Source of the DNA: a bacterium
Lineage (GTDB): Bacteria > Patescibacteriota > Dojkabacteria > SC72
Direction of reading: 5' to 3'
NCBI GenBank assembly: GCA_022840695.1
Contig: JALHDC010000001.1
Span: 2,516 to 66,515 of the forward strand
Length of the DNA: 64,000 nt
Both the position numbers and the translations under genes were made by a program. Shown here in pieces: positions 27,801-35,300 of this stretch. Numbering within the stretch: the stretch's first letter is position 1; each line of letters opens with the position of its first letter. The notes beneath the pieces were generated by a model. It was not told where the DNA came from and searched no databases. It worked only from the letters and a program-made list of their open reading frames with translations.

Positions 27801-27910
27801 TGTGTTAAAACAGCCGTTTTACCAGTACCAGCTCCTGCAATTATTAATAGATCCCCTCCATTATATTCAACAGCCTTTTTTTGATTTTCGTTTAATCTGA
27901 TTTGGCTCAC
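24848..27910 (-). CDS. UvrD/PcrA-family helicase fused to a C-terminal PD-(D/E)XK nuclease (AdnAB/AddA-like)
   Basis: AGAGTGKT, VDEFQD, VGDDDQAIYKFRGA, ENYRS, TVHGSKGLEF, EERRLFYVGATRA; the C-terminus has GKIDRID...VDYKTG and four Cys (C...CRFCDYNSIC). Confidence 0.93.
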   Translation of the reverse strand: MSQIRLNENQKKAVEYNGGDLLIIAGAGTGKTAVLTQRIIHIIKKGYAKPSEILALTFTEKAAQEMQERVDLEMEYGYEEPLISTFHSFCDKILREDGYNIGLDGGYSLMSTSQAYIFLRRYLYDLPLKTLRPRGNSTKFINDLIGHFSRLQDEDVSPQEYLEYASSLPKNSEEEKEEYAKTNELANTYKMYSDLKIENSKLDFGDLITLTLRLLRERKKYQKQFKYILVDEFQDTNYAQNVLVNLLGEGPSHLTVVGDDDQAIYKFRGAAISNILQFKQTYPEAEEIVLTENYRSRQEILDASYQLIKHNNPNRLEITENIEKKLLAKAVFKKDDNPVNLVVANNESAEAEKVAEEILKLTGYDEYVVEDSEGQVFDEKGQASFVDEKERDYKFSDIAIFVRANSHAESFIQALRNKGIPYKLGGSRGLYFREEVRNIVSFLKVLTDYSDEISMYRLLSMSIWDLSAREYVEISKRAREKKITLFEQLEELWNVKLGDVSSDEIEDIENEEVAKILSPKAIAGISRLLDLLNSSIVRVKDNRPVLEIVYEFVIKSLYLDSFMENEDPENLFAVSNINKFLELVKQYEKDNPLSNIYEYVDYLNYCIEVGESPLVDQTELEDFNGVNIMTVHGSKGLEFPIVFLVNLVAQRFPAYGRSDSIPIPEALIKETLPEEISEKESNIQEERRLFYVGATRAMEKLFLTAAYFYGDGKRKKKPSIFLNEILDRNVEEEFKNIEVKNLAEKSVGINIINDEDVGVLLGSDLKRNLVKRFSYSQLNVYEACPRKYEYAYILKVPQRPSAALSFGTTIHNTMKDFYSLLKHSQSGLEGITDVPTVGELLRLYEKNWVSSGYESSKHEKERKEEGVEMLKNYYEKVFDEKDKPLRLEEGFNVHLGDTVFVGKIDRIDYVGESNGVTEVCIVDYKTGKEKEEKDVKDDLQLPLYALFAEEKLGYKVCKAKYIYVETGKELEVNVSEERRELSKEKLLATLESVKRGDFTATPGYLCRFCDYNSICEYADL

Positions 27911-28047
27911 TATTTAGAGAGTATAAATAATAAAGAGAGATATATTGTTATTCCAAGAACTATAGCAACTATTAATGCGAAAAGGAGTTTAGGGCTTGGT
28001 AATTTATTAAGTAATTTTTCTAAGCTTTTTCTTAAATCTTTTTCCAT
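27910..28047 (-). CDS. Small single-TM protein (45 aa), not in the ORF track
   Basis: MEKDLRKSLEKLLNKLPSPKLLFALIVAIVLGITIYLSLLFILSK*. It fills the nfo-helicase gap, and its TAG overlaps the helicase GTG (TAGTG). Confidence 0.65.
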   Translation of the reverse strand: MEKDLRKSLEKLLNKLPSPKLLFALIVAIVLGITIYLSLLFILSK

Positions 28048-28064
28048 ATTTTTATTCTAAAATA

Positions 28065-28934
28065 TTAATTAGCTAACTGTTTTAAAACTTTGACTTCTTT
28101 CATAATTGTCTCCTTGCTCTTTAGAGCTGGTGTTTCTAGGATGAAAGGAATGTTTTTAAATTTAGGATATTGAAGAAATTTCTTAATTGTTTCTTTACCT
28201 AATTTCCCCTCCCCTAAATTAGAGTGCCTATCCTTATTCGAGCCACACTCTGTCATCGAGTCATTTAAGTGAATACTTTTAATATTCTCTATTTTCAATT
28301 CTCTATCTAAATCTTCAACAACCCCTTCAAAATTATTCACCCAATCATATCCAGAAGCATGAGTATGTTGAGTATCTAGTACATACCCCACCCTATCTTT
28401 TTCCTTAACTCCTTCTCTCATCAATCTTAATTCTGTGAAATTCCTTCCCAAATTACTACCTGTACCTGCAGTTGTCTCTATTAGCAATTTTTGTTTCCCC
28501 TTTACCTCATCAAATACCCATTGAATACCGTAGGAGATTCTTTCTAAGCTATCTTCGTAAGATAATTCTTGTTGAGATCCAGGATGAAAACATACTCCTA
28601 ATATCTCAGCATCAATCTTTCTCTTCGTTATTAAATCAACTACTCTTTCTGCGAAATCTAGGTACACAACTAGACCCATTTTGCCTAAATGGAATAGCTG
28701 TTTATCCTTTCTAGCTAGATTAGTTAGATATATTCCATGTATTAGGATCTTTTTAATACTAGACTTTTCTAATTCATTAACAAATTTTTCAATATCTTCA
28801 TCAGGTATTGGCTTAGTCGCCCATCTCATGGGGGCAGTTGGCATAATTTGAATGGTATTTACTTCATACTTTTCTCCATTTTTTATTGAATTTTCTATAC
28901 CACCGGATGATGATACATGAATACCTAGATACAT
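28065..28934 (-). CDS. nfo: Endonuclease IV
   Basis: LGIHVS, IHGIYLTNLA, FHPGS, LLIETTAG, LDTQH, IHLNDS, DRHSNLGEG, ILETP. Start placed at ATG 28934 (alternative 28949). Confidence 0.93.
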   Translation of the reverse strand: MYLGIHVSSSGGIENSIKNGEKYEVNTIQIMPTAPMRWATKPIPDEDIEKFVNELEKSSIKKILIHGIYLTNLARKDKQLFHLGKMGLVVYLDFAERVVDLITKRKIDAEILGVCFHPGSQQELSYEDSLERISYGIQWVFDEVKGKQKLLIETTAGTGSNLGRNFTELRLMREGVKEKDRVGYVLDTQHTHASGYDWVNNFEGVVEDLDRELKIENIKSIHLNDSMTECGSNKDRHSNLGEGKLGKETIKKFLQYPKFKNIPFILETPALKSKETIMKEVKVLKQLAN

Positions 28935-28983
28935 AGCATATTCTAGCATAGATATAGATAATGAAGTATAATTATGGCTGTTT

Positions 28984-29072
28984 GGAGAGGTGCCTGAGTG
29001 GTCGAAAGGAACTCACTGCTAACGAGTCATAGGCCCAAAAGCCTATCGCGGGTTCGAATCCCGCCCTCTCCG
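28984..29072 (+). tRNA. tRNA-Ser(GCT)
   Basis: GGAGAGG acceptor stem, loop CTGCTAA, long variable arm and GGTTCGAATCC. Confidence 0.9.
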
Positions 29073-29083
29073 TATACAAGAAC

Positions 29084-30067
29084 CTAATCCCTTACTGCAA
29101 CACAGTACCTTTTAAGAATAGACTCCTCCTTCGCGATCTTCCCCCAGTCTTTATATATTTCAGAGACTTTTTTCATTTTATCCCCTACCAAACAATACGG
29201 ATCTACCACTCTAGATTTACAATCAATTATCTCTTCGTAATTAACACTATCTTCGTAGAATAATTCACTACTATTCATACGTTCCCAATATTTTTTCAAT
29301 AACTTATCTTTTTCTACATACTTCAAACATTTATCTAAGACATATTGATCATACTTTTCTAAATCTTTTGTGGAAATATACTCTTTCTCTAAAGCATGTT
29401 TCATAAAATCTTTTATACTCTTGAACATAATTGCACTTTTAAAACCTGCATAAAACTTATCATTTAACTCCTTAAAACATTTAGCATACTCATACCCAGC
29501 ATCAGCATTGTCGAAATACCAGGAATTTTTACCCTTGGTTTTTAGATGATTTAGAATCTTTTTTACTTTAGATTTACCATTATCAAGAAAAAGTATAATA
29601 TCCCTCGTTGAATACTCAATCCTATCCGCACATATATCTGGAAGAGAATTTTCTAAGAGAGGGAAGTTTTCCTCATTTGCAATATATTCAATATTGTATC
29701 CGTATTTCTCTAATATCTCTGGAATATTTGATCTTTCCAAAAACCTCTGTTTACTTCTGTCTTGTAAATCCTGCTTACTAATATCTCCTTCTTTTAACAC
29801 ATAATCTATGGCATGAGAAAATGCATAATGGGAAATATCATGTATTAGACCAGATATTTGTTCTTCCAGGGATGCTTTGTAGTTTCTAAGAAGTAAAAAT
29901 ACTCCAACTGAATGATCATATCTATTTCTGGAATGATTAAAGAAACCCTTAGAGTATCCAGCCTGATCAATATTTTTAAGCCTTTGAATAGCTTTTGAAT
30001 TTAACAACTCTACTATCACTTCATCTTCTATAGAAGAATCTCCCCAAACTTGGTCTTGTAAAATCAT
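29084..30067 (-). CDS. HD-domain phosphohydrolase (dNTP triphosphohydrolase-like)
   Basis: IQRLKNIDQ, RYDHSVG, LIHDISHYAFSH, ICADRIEY. Confidence 0.85.
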   Translation of the reverse strand: MILQDQVWGDSSIEDEVIVELLNSKAIQRLKNIDQAGYSKGFFNHSRNRYDHSVGVFLLLRNYKASLEEQISGLIHDISHYAFSHAIDYVLKEGDISKQDLQDRSKQRFLERSNIPEILEKYGYNIEYIANEENFPLLENSLPDICADRIEYSTRDIILFLDNGKSKVKKILNHLKTKGKNSWYFDNADAGYEYAKCFKELNDKFYAGFKSAIMFKSIKDFMKHALEKEYISTKDLEKYDQYVLDKCLKYVEKDKLLKKYWERMNSSELFYEDSVNYEEIIDCKSRVVDPYCLVGDKMKKVSEIYKDWGKIAKEESILKRYCVAVRD

Positions 30068-30109
30068 TCTTTATTCTAACAAAAATATCTTAGAAATTTT
30101 TCATCACTT

Positions 30110-31009
30110 TTAATTCAAAGTAATACTACTCATCACTTCATCTAAAAGTGGTAAAACCTCCTCATCAGGATTTCCTATGATCTTTACACCATAACTACTC
30201 CCTGTTTCTGTTCCCATACCACTATCATACTCAAACGAAAGAGTATCGAATGATAAGACACCTGCAGACAATCCACATAATGGATGGAATTCATCAACAT
30301 TCGCATTATCCAAATCATTCCAATATAGGCTAGATTCAACTCTTCTCCCTCTAAAATCTATGAAAGAAAATTCTGTATAATCTCCATCCGCAATTACGGT
30401 AACTGTAGGCATAGCCTCATCAGGATCACTACTAAGATTATAATCTGTAGTTAAGCCATTAATCACATCTATATATGACTGAGGAGTATCCGAGAATCTT
30501 CCAACAGAAGAACAAATATCAATACCTCCTATACCCATTACAGCATATACTTGAAGAACTTCCTCATCCTCATCTGTCAGAATAGAAAGACCTGTTAAAC
30601 CTTGATACTCAGCATCCATTAACATATCTGTTCCGTCTCCATCCACATACTCTACAATACTCCACCCTTCAGGAAGTTGAGCAGTTATGTAATCTCCCAC
30701 GAAATCAGAAGAAAGAGCAACAGCATCTTCCTCTTTTTCATCTTGATCCTCCTCTTCCCCATCAGGATCTGGAGTATCAGAACTGGAACCTTCTTCACCT
30801 GCAGGTTCATAATTAGCAAAATAGTAGCCTGCATATGCAGCTGCACCCAAAAGCAACATTACTCCCAATACTATTAAAACTGTTTTTAGTCCTTTTCCCT
30901 TTGGTTTACTCGCAGTAGCAACAGTAGGTGTAGCTACACCCTCTTTAGGAGCCTCTGTCTTCACAGCATTCTCCATCGAAGGTGCTCCTTGATTTAAATC
31001 TGATTCCAT
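30110..31009 (-). CDS. Membrane-anchored acidic hypothetical protein (paralog A)
   Basis: TM segment plus LPEGWSIVEYVDGDGTDMLMDAEYQGLTGL, homologous to 32628..33458. Confidence 0.8.
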   Translation of the reverse strand: MESDLNQGAPSMENAVKTEAPKEGVATPTVATASKPKGKGLKTVLIVLGVMLLLGAAAYAGYYFANYEPAGEEGSSSDTPDPDGEEEDQDEKEEDAVALSSDFVGDYITAQLPEGWSIVEYVDGDGTDMLMDAEYQGLTGLSILTDEDEEVLQVYAVMGIGGIDICSSVGRFSDTPQSYIDVINGLTTDYNLSSDPDEAMPTVTVIADGDYTEFSFIDFRGRRVESSLYWNDLDNANVDEFHPLCGLSAGVLSFDTLSFEYDSGMGTETGSSYGVKIIGNPDEEVLPLLDEVMSSITLN

Positions 31010-31116
31010 AGAAATAATGGATAAAATTATTTAATCCATTGTAGCACAATCCCTTACTTTGAAAAGATATCTCACCATTATGCTAAAATATATTATTAAA
31101 TTATTTTGTTAAAACA

Positions 31117-31518
31117 ATGAAATATATATATCTATATCTACTCACATTCTTAGTTTTTCTTGTAATAGATTTTGTGTGGTTAAATTGGATAGCAAAAAAT
31201 CTATATGCTGAAAAAATTGGTCACCTACTCGCAGAAAATGCAAATCTCGTTCCCGCTCTGATTTTCTACCTACTCTTTGTCGTAGGAGCTATTATATTTG
31301 CAGTACTACCAGGATATGAAGCAAAATCCATAGGAAAAACAATTTTCTTAGGAGCACTCTTTGGAATGATGACATATGCAACATATGACTTAACAAACTT
31401 AGCAACACTAAAAAATTGGCCTATCTCTGTAACCATAATAGACATAATATGGGGGACATCTCTTTCTACAGTAACTGCAGTAGCAGGATACTACATCGCT
31501 AATTTTTTAAATGTTTAA
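31117..31518 (+). CDS. DUF2177-family membrane protein
   Basis: FLVIDFVWL, ALIFYLL, YATYDLTNLATLKNWP, DIIWG. Confidence 0.88.
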   Translation: MKYIYLYLLTFLVFLVIDFVWLNWIAKNLYAEKIGHLLAENANLVPALIFYLLFVVGAIIFAVLPGYEAKSIGKTIFLGALFGMMTYATYDLTNLATLKNWPISVTIIDIIWGTSLSTVTAVAGYYIANFLNV

Positions 31519-31520
31519 AT

Positions 31521-32309
31521 ATGTTAGAAATATTACCATTACTTCTAAAAGTTGCACTTTCAATATTTATATATATGACCCTCTTCTACTCTCTTTCCTT
31601 AATTATAAAGAGAAGTGACATTGTAGACATTGGGTGGGGATTAGGATTCATACTCGTTGCCCTTGTGTCTCTTTTTTCCCAATCATATTTAACAGATCGA
31701 GCTATTCTTGTTTTCTTCCTAGTCTTGTTTTGGGGATTAAGGTTAGCATCACATATATATTTTAGAAACAAAGGCAAGGAGGAAGATTATAGATATCAGC
31801 AGTTTAAAAAAGATTGGGGAGATACTTTTTACATTCGTTCATACTTCCAAATATTCCTCCTACAAGGCTTCTTTATGCTAATTGTATCACTACCAATAAT
31901 ATTCATAGCTAAGTTCTCTGATTCGCCACTTGGTTATACAGACATCATTGGTCTCTCAATCTGGATCCTAGGATTCCTTCTAGAATCTAATGCTGATTCT
32001 CAACTCAAAAGATTTATAACAAAGAAAAAGGAAGGAAAAACAGAAACCAGATTTGCTAATATTGGTCTTTGGAAATACTCTAGACATCCCAACTACTTTG
32101 GAGAAATACTACAATGGTGGGGTATTGGGGTTGTTGCTCTTTCTGTATCATTAGGATATGTATCCTTAATAGGGCCACTTTTCATTTCATATTTAATAAT
32201 TTTTGTTTCTGGAATACCACTTCTAGAGAAGAAATTTAAAAATGATCCAGAGTGGAATGAATATGTAAGAAGGACACGACTACTACTCCCATTTCCAAAG
32301 AAGATCTAA
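31521..32309 (+). CDS. DUF1295 (steroid 5-alpha-reductase-like) membrane protein
   Basis: DIVDIGWG, EDYRY, ADSQL, GLWKYSRHPNYFGE, SGIPLLE. Confidence 0.9.
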   Translation: MLEILPLLLKVALSIFIYMTLFYSLSLIIKRSDIVDIGWGLGFILVALVSLFSQSYLTDRAILVFFLVLFWGLRLASHIYFRNKGKEEDYRYQQFKKDWGDTFYIRSYFQIFLLQGFFMLIVSLPIIFIAKFSDSPLGYTDIIGLSIWILGFLLESNADSQLKRFITKKKEGKTETRFANIGLWKYSRHPNYFGEILQWWGIGVVALSVSLGYVSLIGPLFISYLIIFVSGIPLLEKKFKNDPEWNEYVRRTRLLLPFPKKI

Positions 32310-32347
32310 GTATTACCATTTAAGAATAAATGATATATACTAGGGCT

Positions 32348-32614
32348 ATGGAAGAATCAAAAAATAAAGATAATTCCTTCCTAACTGGTTTAAGCATTAC
32401 TCTTGGAACCATAGTAATCGGATTAATCAGCTACATAGTATATACAACAGATTTTCAAACAGAGAAATTAAGATGTGAATACAATGGATGGGCATATGCT
32501 CATGGGGAAACCTTTGATGCTTCAGATGGGTGTAATATGTGTTCTTGTAATAATGGAGAGGTTGTATGTACTTTAATGGGTTGCGACCAACAACCCACTG
32601 TCGATTTAAATTAA
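32348..32614 (+). CDS. Small membrane-anchored protein with a pacifastin/VWC-like Cys domain
   Basis: TM plus CEYNGWAYAHGETFDASDGCNMCSCNNGEVVCTLMGC. ATG 32348 lies 6 nt after TATACT. Confidence 0.75.
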   Translation: MEESKNKDNSFLTGLSITLGTIVIGLISYIVYTTDFQTEKLRCEYNGWAYAHGETFDASDGCNMCSCNNGEVVCTLMGCDQQPTVDLN

Positions 32615-32627
32615 ATATATTATAACT

Positions 32628-33458
32628 ATGGAAGTAGAACAGAATATTGATACAACTATTCAAAAGGACGATGGTGTTAATACAAAAAATCCTTCTGATG
32701 GGAATAAGGATATCTGGGTTATTCTTTTAAATGTGTTTCTTGCCTTGGTAACAATCCTCCTCCTTGGATATGTAGCATATAGGAATGGATATATTGATTT
32801 AGATAATGTATTTAAACCTAAAGAACAAACAGAGGAAGAATCAAATGAGGAGAATGATGCTTCCAATGATTTAGTTATACAGGAGAATGGGGAAACAACA
32901 TTAAATACATACGAGGGAGAAGTTCTCTCTGCAATACTTCCTAGTGGTTGGAGCATAACGGAGTATATGGATGGAGATGGAACAGATATGTTAATGGATA
33001 CTGTTGAATATACTGGTTTGACAGGCCTCACTGTATCATACAATAATGTACCAATACTTGAATTAATAGCTGTTTCAGGTATCGGTTTCATTGGATGTCC
33101 TGAATTACCTATATTTACAGATAGTAGTGAAGCCTACCTACAGGAACAGGTAGAGATGAATGAAGAAATCCAGGAAAATATGGTTACTTATGATTATACC
33201 AATACCCCATATTCTGATTTTCAATGGTTTGGAAAAGATTTTAGGAGGGTTGGAACAACACTATACTTTGATACAGTAGCAGGTAATGAATATTTTGAAC
33301 CACAGTGTGAGGGAGGCTTAGTGACTGTACCAGGACTTAGATTTGAGGATTCGGATGGATATGAGGGAGTAGCATATTTCTATAATATAAACGAAGAAGC
33401 ATCTGCAGAACAATTGGAAACATTAGATAATATATTGGCTAGTATGATGGAGATATAG
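32628..33458 (+). CDS. Membrane-anchored acidic hypothetical protein (paralog B)
   Basis: TM segment plus LPSGWSITEYMDGDGTDMLMDTVEYTGLTGL. Confidence 0.8.
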   Translation: MEVEQNIDTTIQKDDGVNTKNPSDGNKDIWVILLNVFLALVTILLLGYVAYRNGYIDLDNVFKPKEQTEEESNEENDASNDLVIQENGETTLNTYEGEVLSAILPSGWSITEYMDGDGTDMLMDTVEYTGLTGLTVSYNNVPILELIAVSGIGFIGCPELPIFTDSSEAYLQEQVEMNEEIQENMVTYDYTNTPYSDFQWFGKDFRRVGTTLYFDTVAGNEYFEPQCEGGLVTVPGLRFEDSDGYEGVAYFYNINEEASAEQLETLDNILASMMEI

Positions 33459-33468
33459 AATCTTTATC

Positions 33469-33888
33469 TGGTGGAGACGACGGGAATTGAACCCATGTCC
33501 AAAAGCATTGTTTAGCACCATGTACAAACATAGTTAACCTTGTATAGTAAGATATTTCTAGAAAGGTTAACAAAAAGAAATATCCCCTCGATTATGTTTC
33601 TAAGTTAGTTACCCTATCGATCAAATAACCAACCGTACCCTGATAACGACTATCTATAATCCCTCATCAGGGAAAAGGATAATAGACACTAACTAAAATA
33701 TTTAGTTAGACCTTATGCAAAGTTAAATGCATAAGCTGGAGCAGCAAAAGCAGCTCTTAACTTAGCAGTAAACTCATTAGCAAAGGCGACAATCTTATTT
33801 TCTACACTTAAGCTGTGTGTTGAATAACGACTCAACGAACGGTTTGTGATAACTAAACGCAAACTTCTGTCGAAAGCCTTACGTCCCC
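33469..33888 (-). ncRNA. ssrA: tmRNA
   Basis: 5' GGGGACG and 3' CGTCTCCACCA form the acceptor stem with G3-U70; T-arm GGTTCAATTCC; internal tag ORF at 33805..33713; TGGTATAAT promoter upstream; smpB is in the same window. Confidence 0.92.
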
Positions 33889-33919
33889 ATATTGATAAAG
33901 AACATTGGTATTATACCAT

Positions 33920-34216
33920 TTATTTATATACTTTTCTACTTCCAGAATGCCCCCCTATGGTTAATAAAAGAATAATATTCCCATCCTCAAACCTCCAAAG
34001 TATTCTAATATCTCCACTAACCCTAGAAGTGTACGTCCGGGCACCATAGGAACTATACACGATATGCGTTCTTAATCCTGGATTTGAAGGATCCTTTCTT
34101 AATTTTTTCAATACAGAAACTATCCTAAAAGCTAACTCCCTATTTTTCTTAGTTAACCTTTTAAACTCCTTTTTATATTTTGCTGTTAAATGTATTACAA
34201 AATTATTCTTCTCCAT
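33920..34216 (-). CDS. RelE/YafQ-family mRNA interferase toxin
   Basis: Basic 98-aa protein, TAKYKKEFKRL...LRTH...SRVSGDIRILW...LLTIGGH. Confidence 0.8.
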   Translation of the reverse strand: MEKNNFVIHLTAKYKKEFKRLTKKNRELAFRIVSVLKKLRKDPSNPGLRTHIVYSSYGARTYTSRVSGDIRILWRFEDGNIILLLTIGGHSGSRKVYK

Positions 34217-34508
34217 TTATCAAGGATGAGAAATAATCATCTATTTCTTTTGAGTTTCTTAAAGCAATCGTTTTCCCCTCCTTGTACTCCTTTATTCCAT
34301 CTTCTATATCCTTTGCCAATTGGGGATCATCTATATACTCCTCAGAACCAAGATGAAAACCTTCAACATCCTTGGTAAGAACATATCTCACATACTCAGG
34401 AAAGGAATATCCATATATTCTCGCCTTAGATTCAGCAATATCCATCAATCGACTTGGAAATGTTATCTGTCTTGTAACACTTTTTTTATAGTCTATACTC
34501 TTAGTCAT
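34203..34508 (-). CDS. Cognate antitoxin (RHH-like N-terminus, acidic C-terminus)
   Basis: Lies upstream of and overlaps the toxin; RQITFP...YSFPEYVRYVL with an acidic tail. Confidence 0.72.
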   Translation of the reverse strand: MTKSIDYKKSVTRQITFPSRLMDIAESKARIYGYSFPEYVRYVLTKDVEGFHLGSEEYIDDPQLAKDIEDGIKEYKEGKTIALRNSKEIDDYFSSLINGEE

Positions 34509-34518
34509 TCGTATATAA

Positions 34519-34540
34519 ATTGTATAGTTTAATATACAAT
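34519..34540. promoter_or_regulatory. Palindromic operator candidate of the TA operon
   Basis: ATTGTATA-gtttaa-TATACAAT, a perfect 8-bp inverted repeat about 10 nt upstream of the antitoxin start. Confidence 0.55.
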
Positions 34541-34570
34541 CTTAACACAAAAACAACACAATAGGAATAG

Positions 34571-35296
34571 TTATTTTCTAAATTCCCACATTGCCAAACT
34601 AACAGCAACGGAAAGATTCAATGATTCTAATTCCTTACTATGTGGAATATATACACTCTCCCCTACCTTCTCATCATTAGGTGACAACCCTTTACTCTCA
34701 TTCCCAAATATTAAAGATACTGGTTCTTTAAATTCAACCTCTGAAATACTTCTATTTCCACCCAATACAAAAGAGTACCTATTATGATTCCCAAACCTCT
34801 CAACATATTCCCCGATACTTGAAAAATATTCGAAGTTAATCTTAAAAAGATTTCCCATCGTCGAACTTATTACCTTAGGGGAAAATACATCCACACCAGA
34901 TCCCACTATTGCTAAATTCTTAAATTCAAAACCAACCATACTTCGTATAATGGTACCAACATTGCCCATATTCCTTGGTTCAACAAGAACAATATGATTT
35001 TCATTCACAACTAATTCAGAGCTATACTTTCTAAAAACACCTACAGCATATGTATTCTCCTTGAAAGCTATTTTCCCTATCAATCTATCGTTATATTCCA
35101 AAGGAATATCTCTTTGTTTACAAAGATCAACTATTTCCTTAACTCCGTCAAACCTTTCAGAGTCTTTCCTTAGGAGAACTTTAATCACACTCTCAGATCT
35201 TCCTTTTAAAAGATCTAAAGTTGGATAGATACCAAATGCATATGAGTGATCGAACTTCTTCTGATATTTCTTCAATTTACCAATACCCTCATTCAT
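34571..35296 (-). CDS. TrmH/SpoU-family RNA methyltransferase
   Basis: PRNMGNVGTIIRS, FGNESKGL, LESLNLSVA. Likely start is 35296. Confidence 0.88.
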   Translation of the reverse strand: MNEGIGKLKKYQKKFDHSYAFGIYPTLDLLKGRSESVIKVLLRKDSERFDGVKEIVDLCKQRDIPLEYNDRLIGKIAFKENTYAVGVFRKYSSELVVNENHIVLVEPRNMGNVGTIIRSMVGFEFKNLAIVGSGVDVFSPKVISSTMGNLFKINFEYFSSIGEYVERFGNHNRYSFVLGGNRSISEVEFKEPVSLIFGNESKGLSPNDEKVGESVYIPHSKELESLNLSVAVSLAMWEFRK

Positions 35297-35300
35297 ATCC

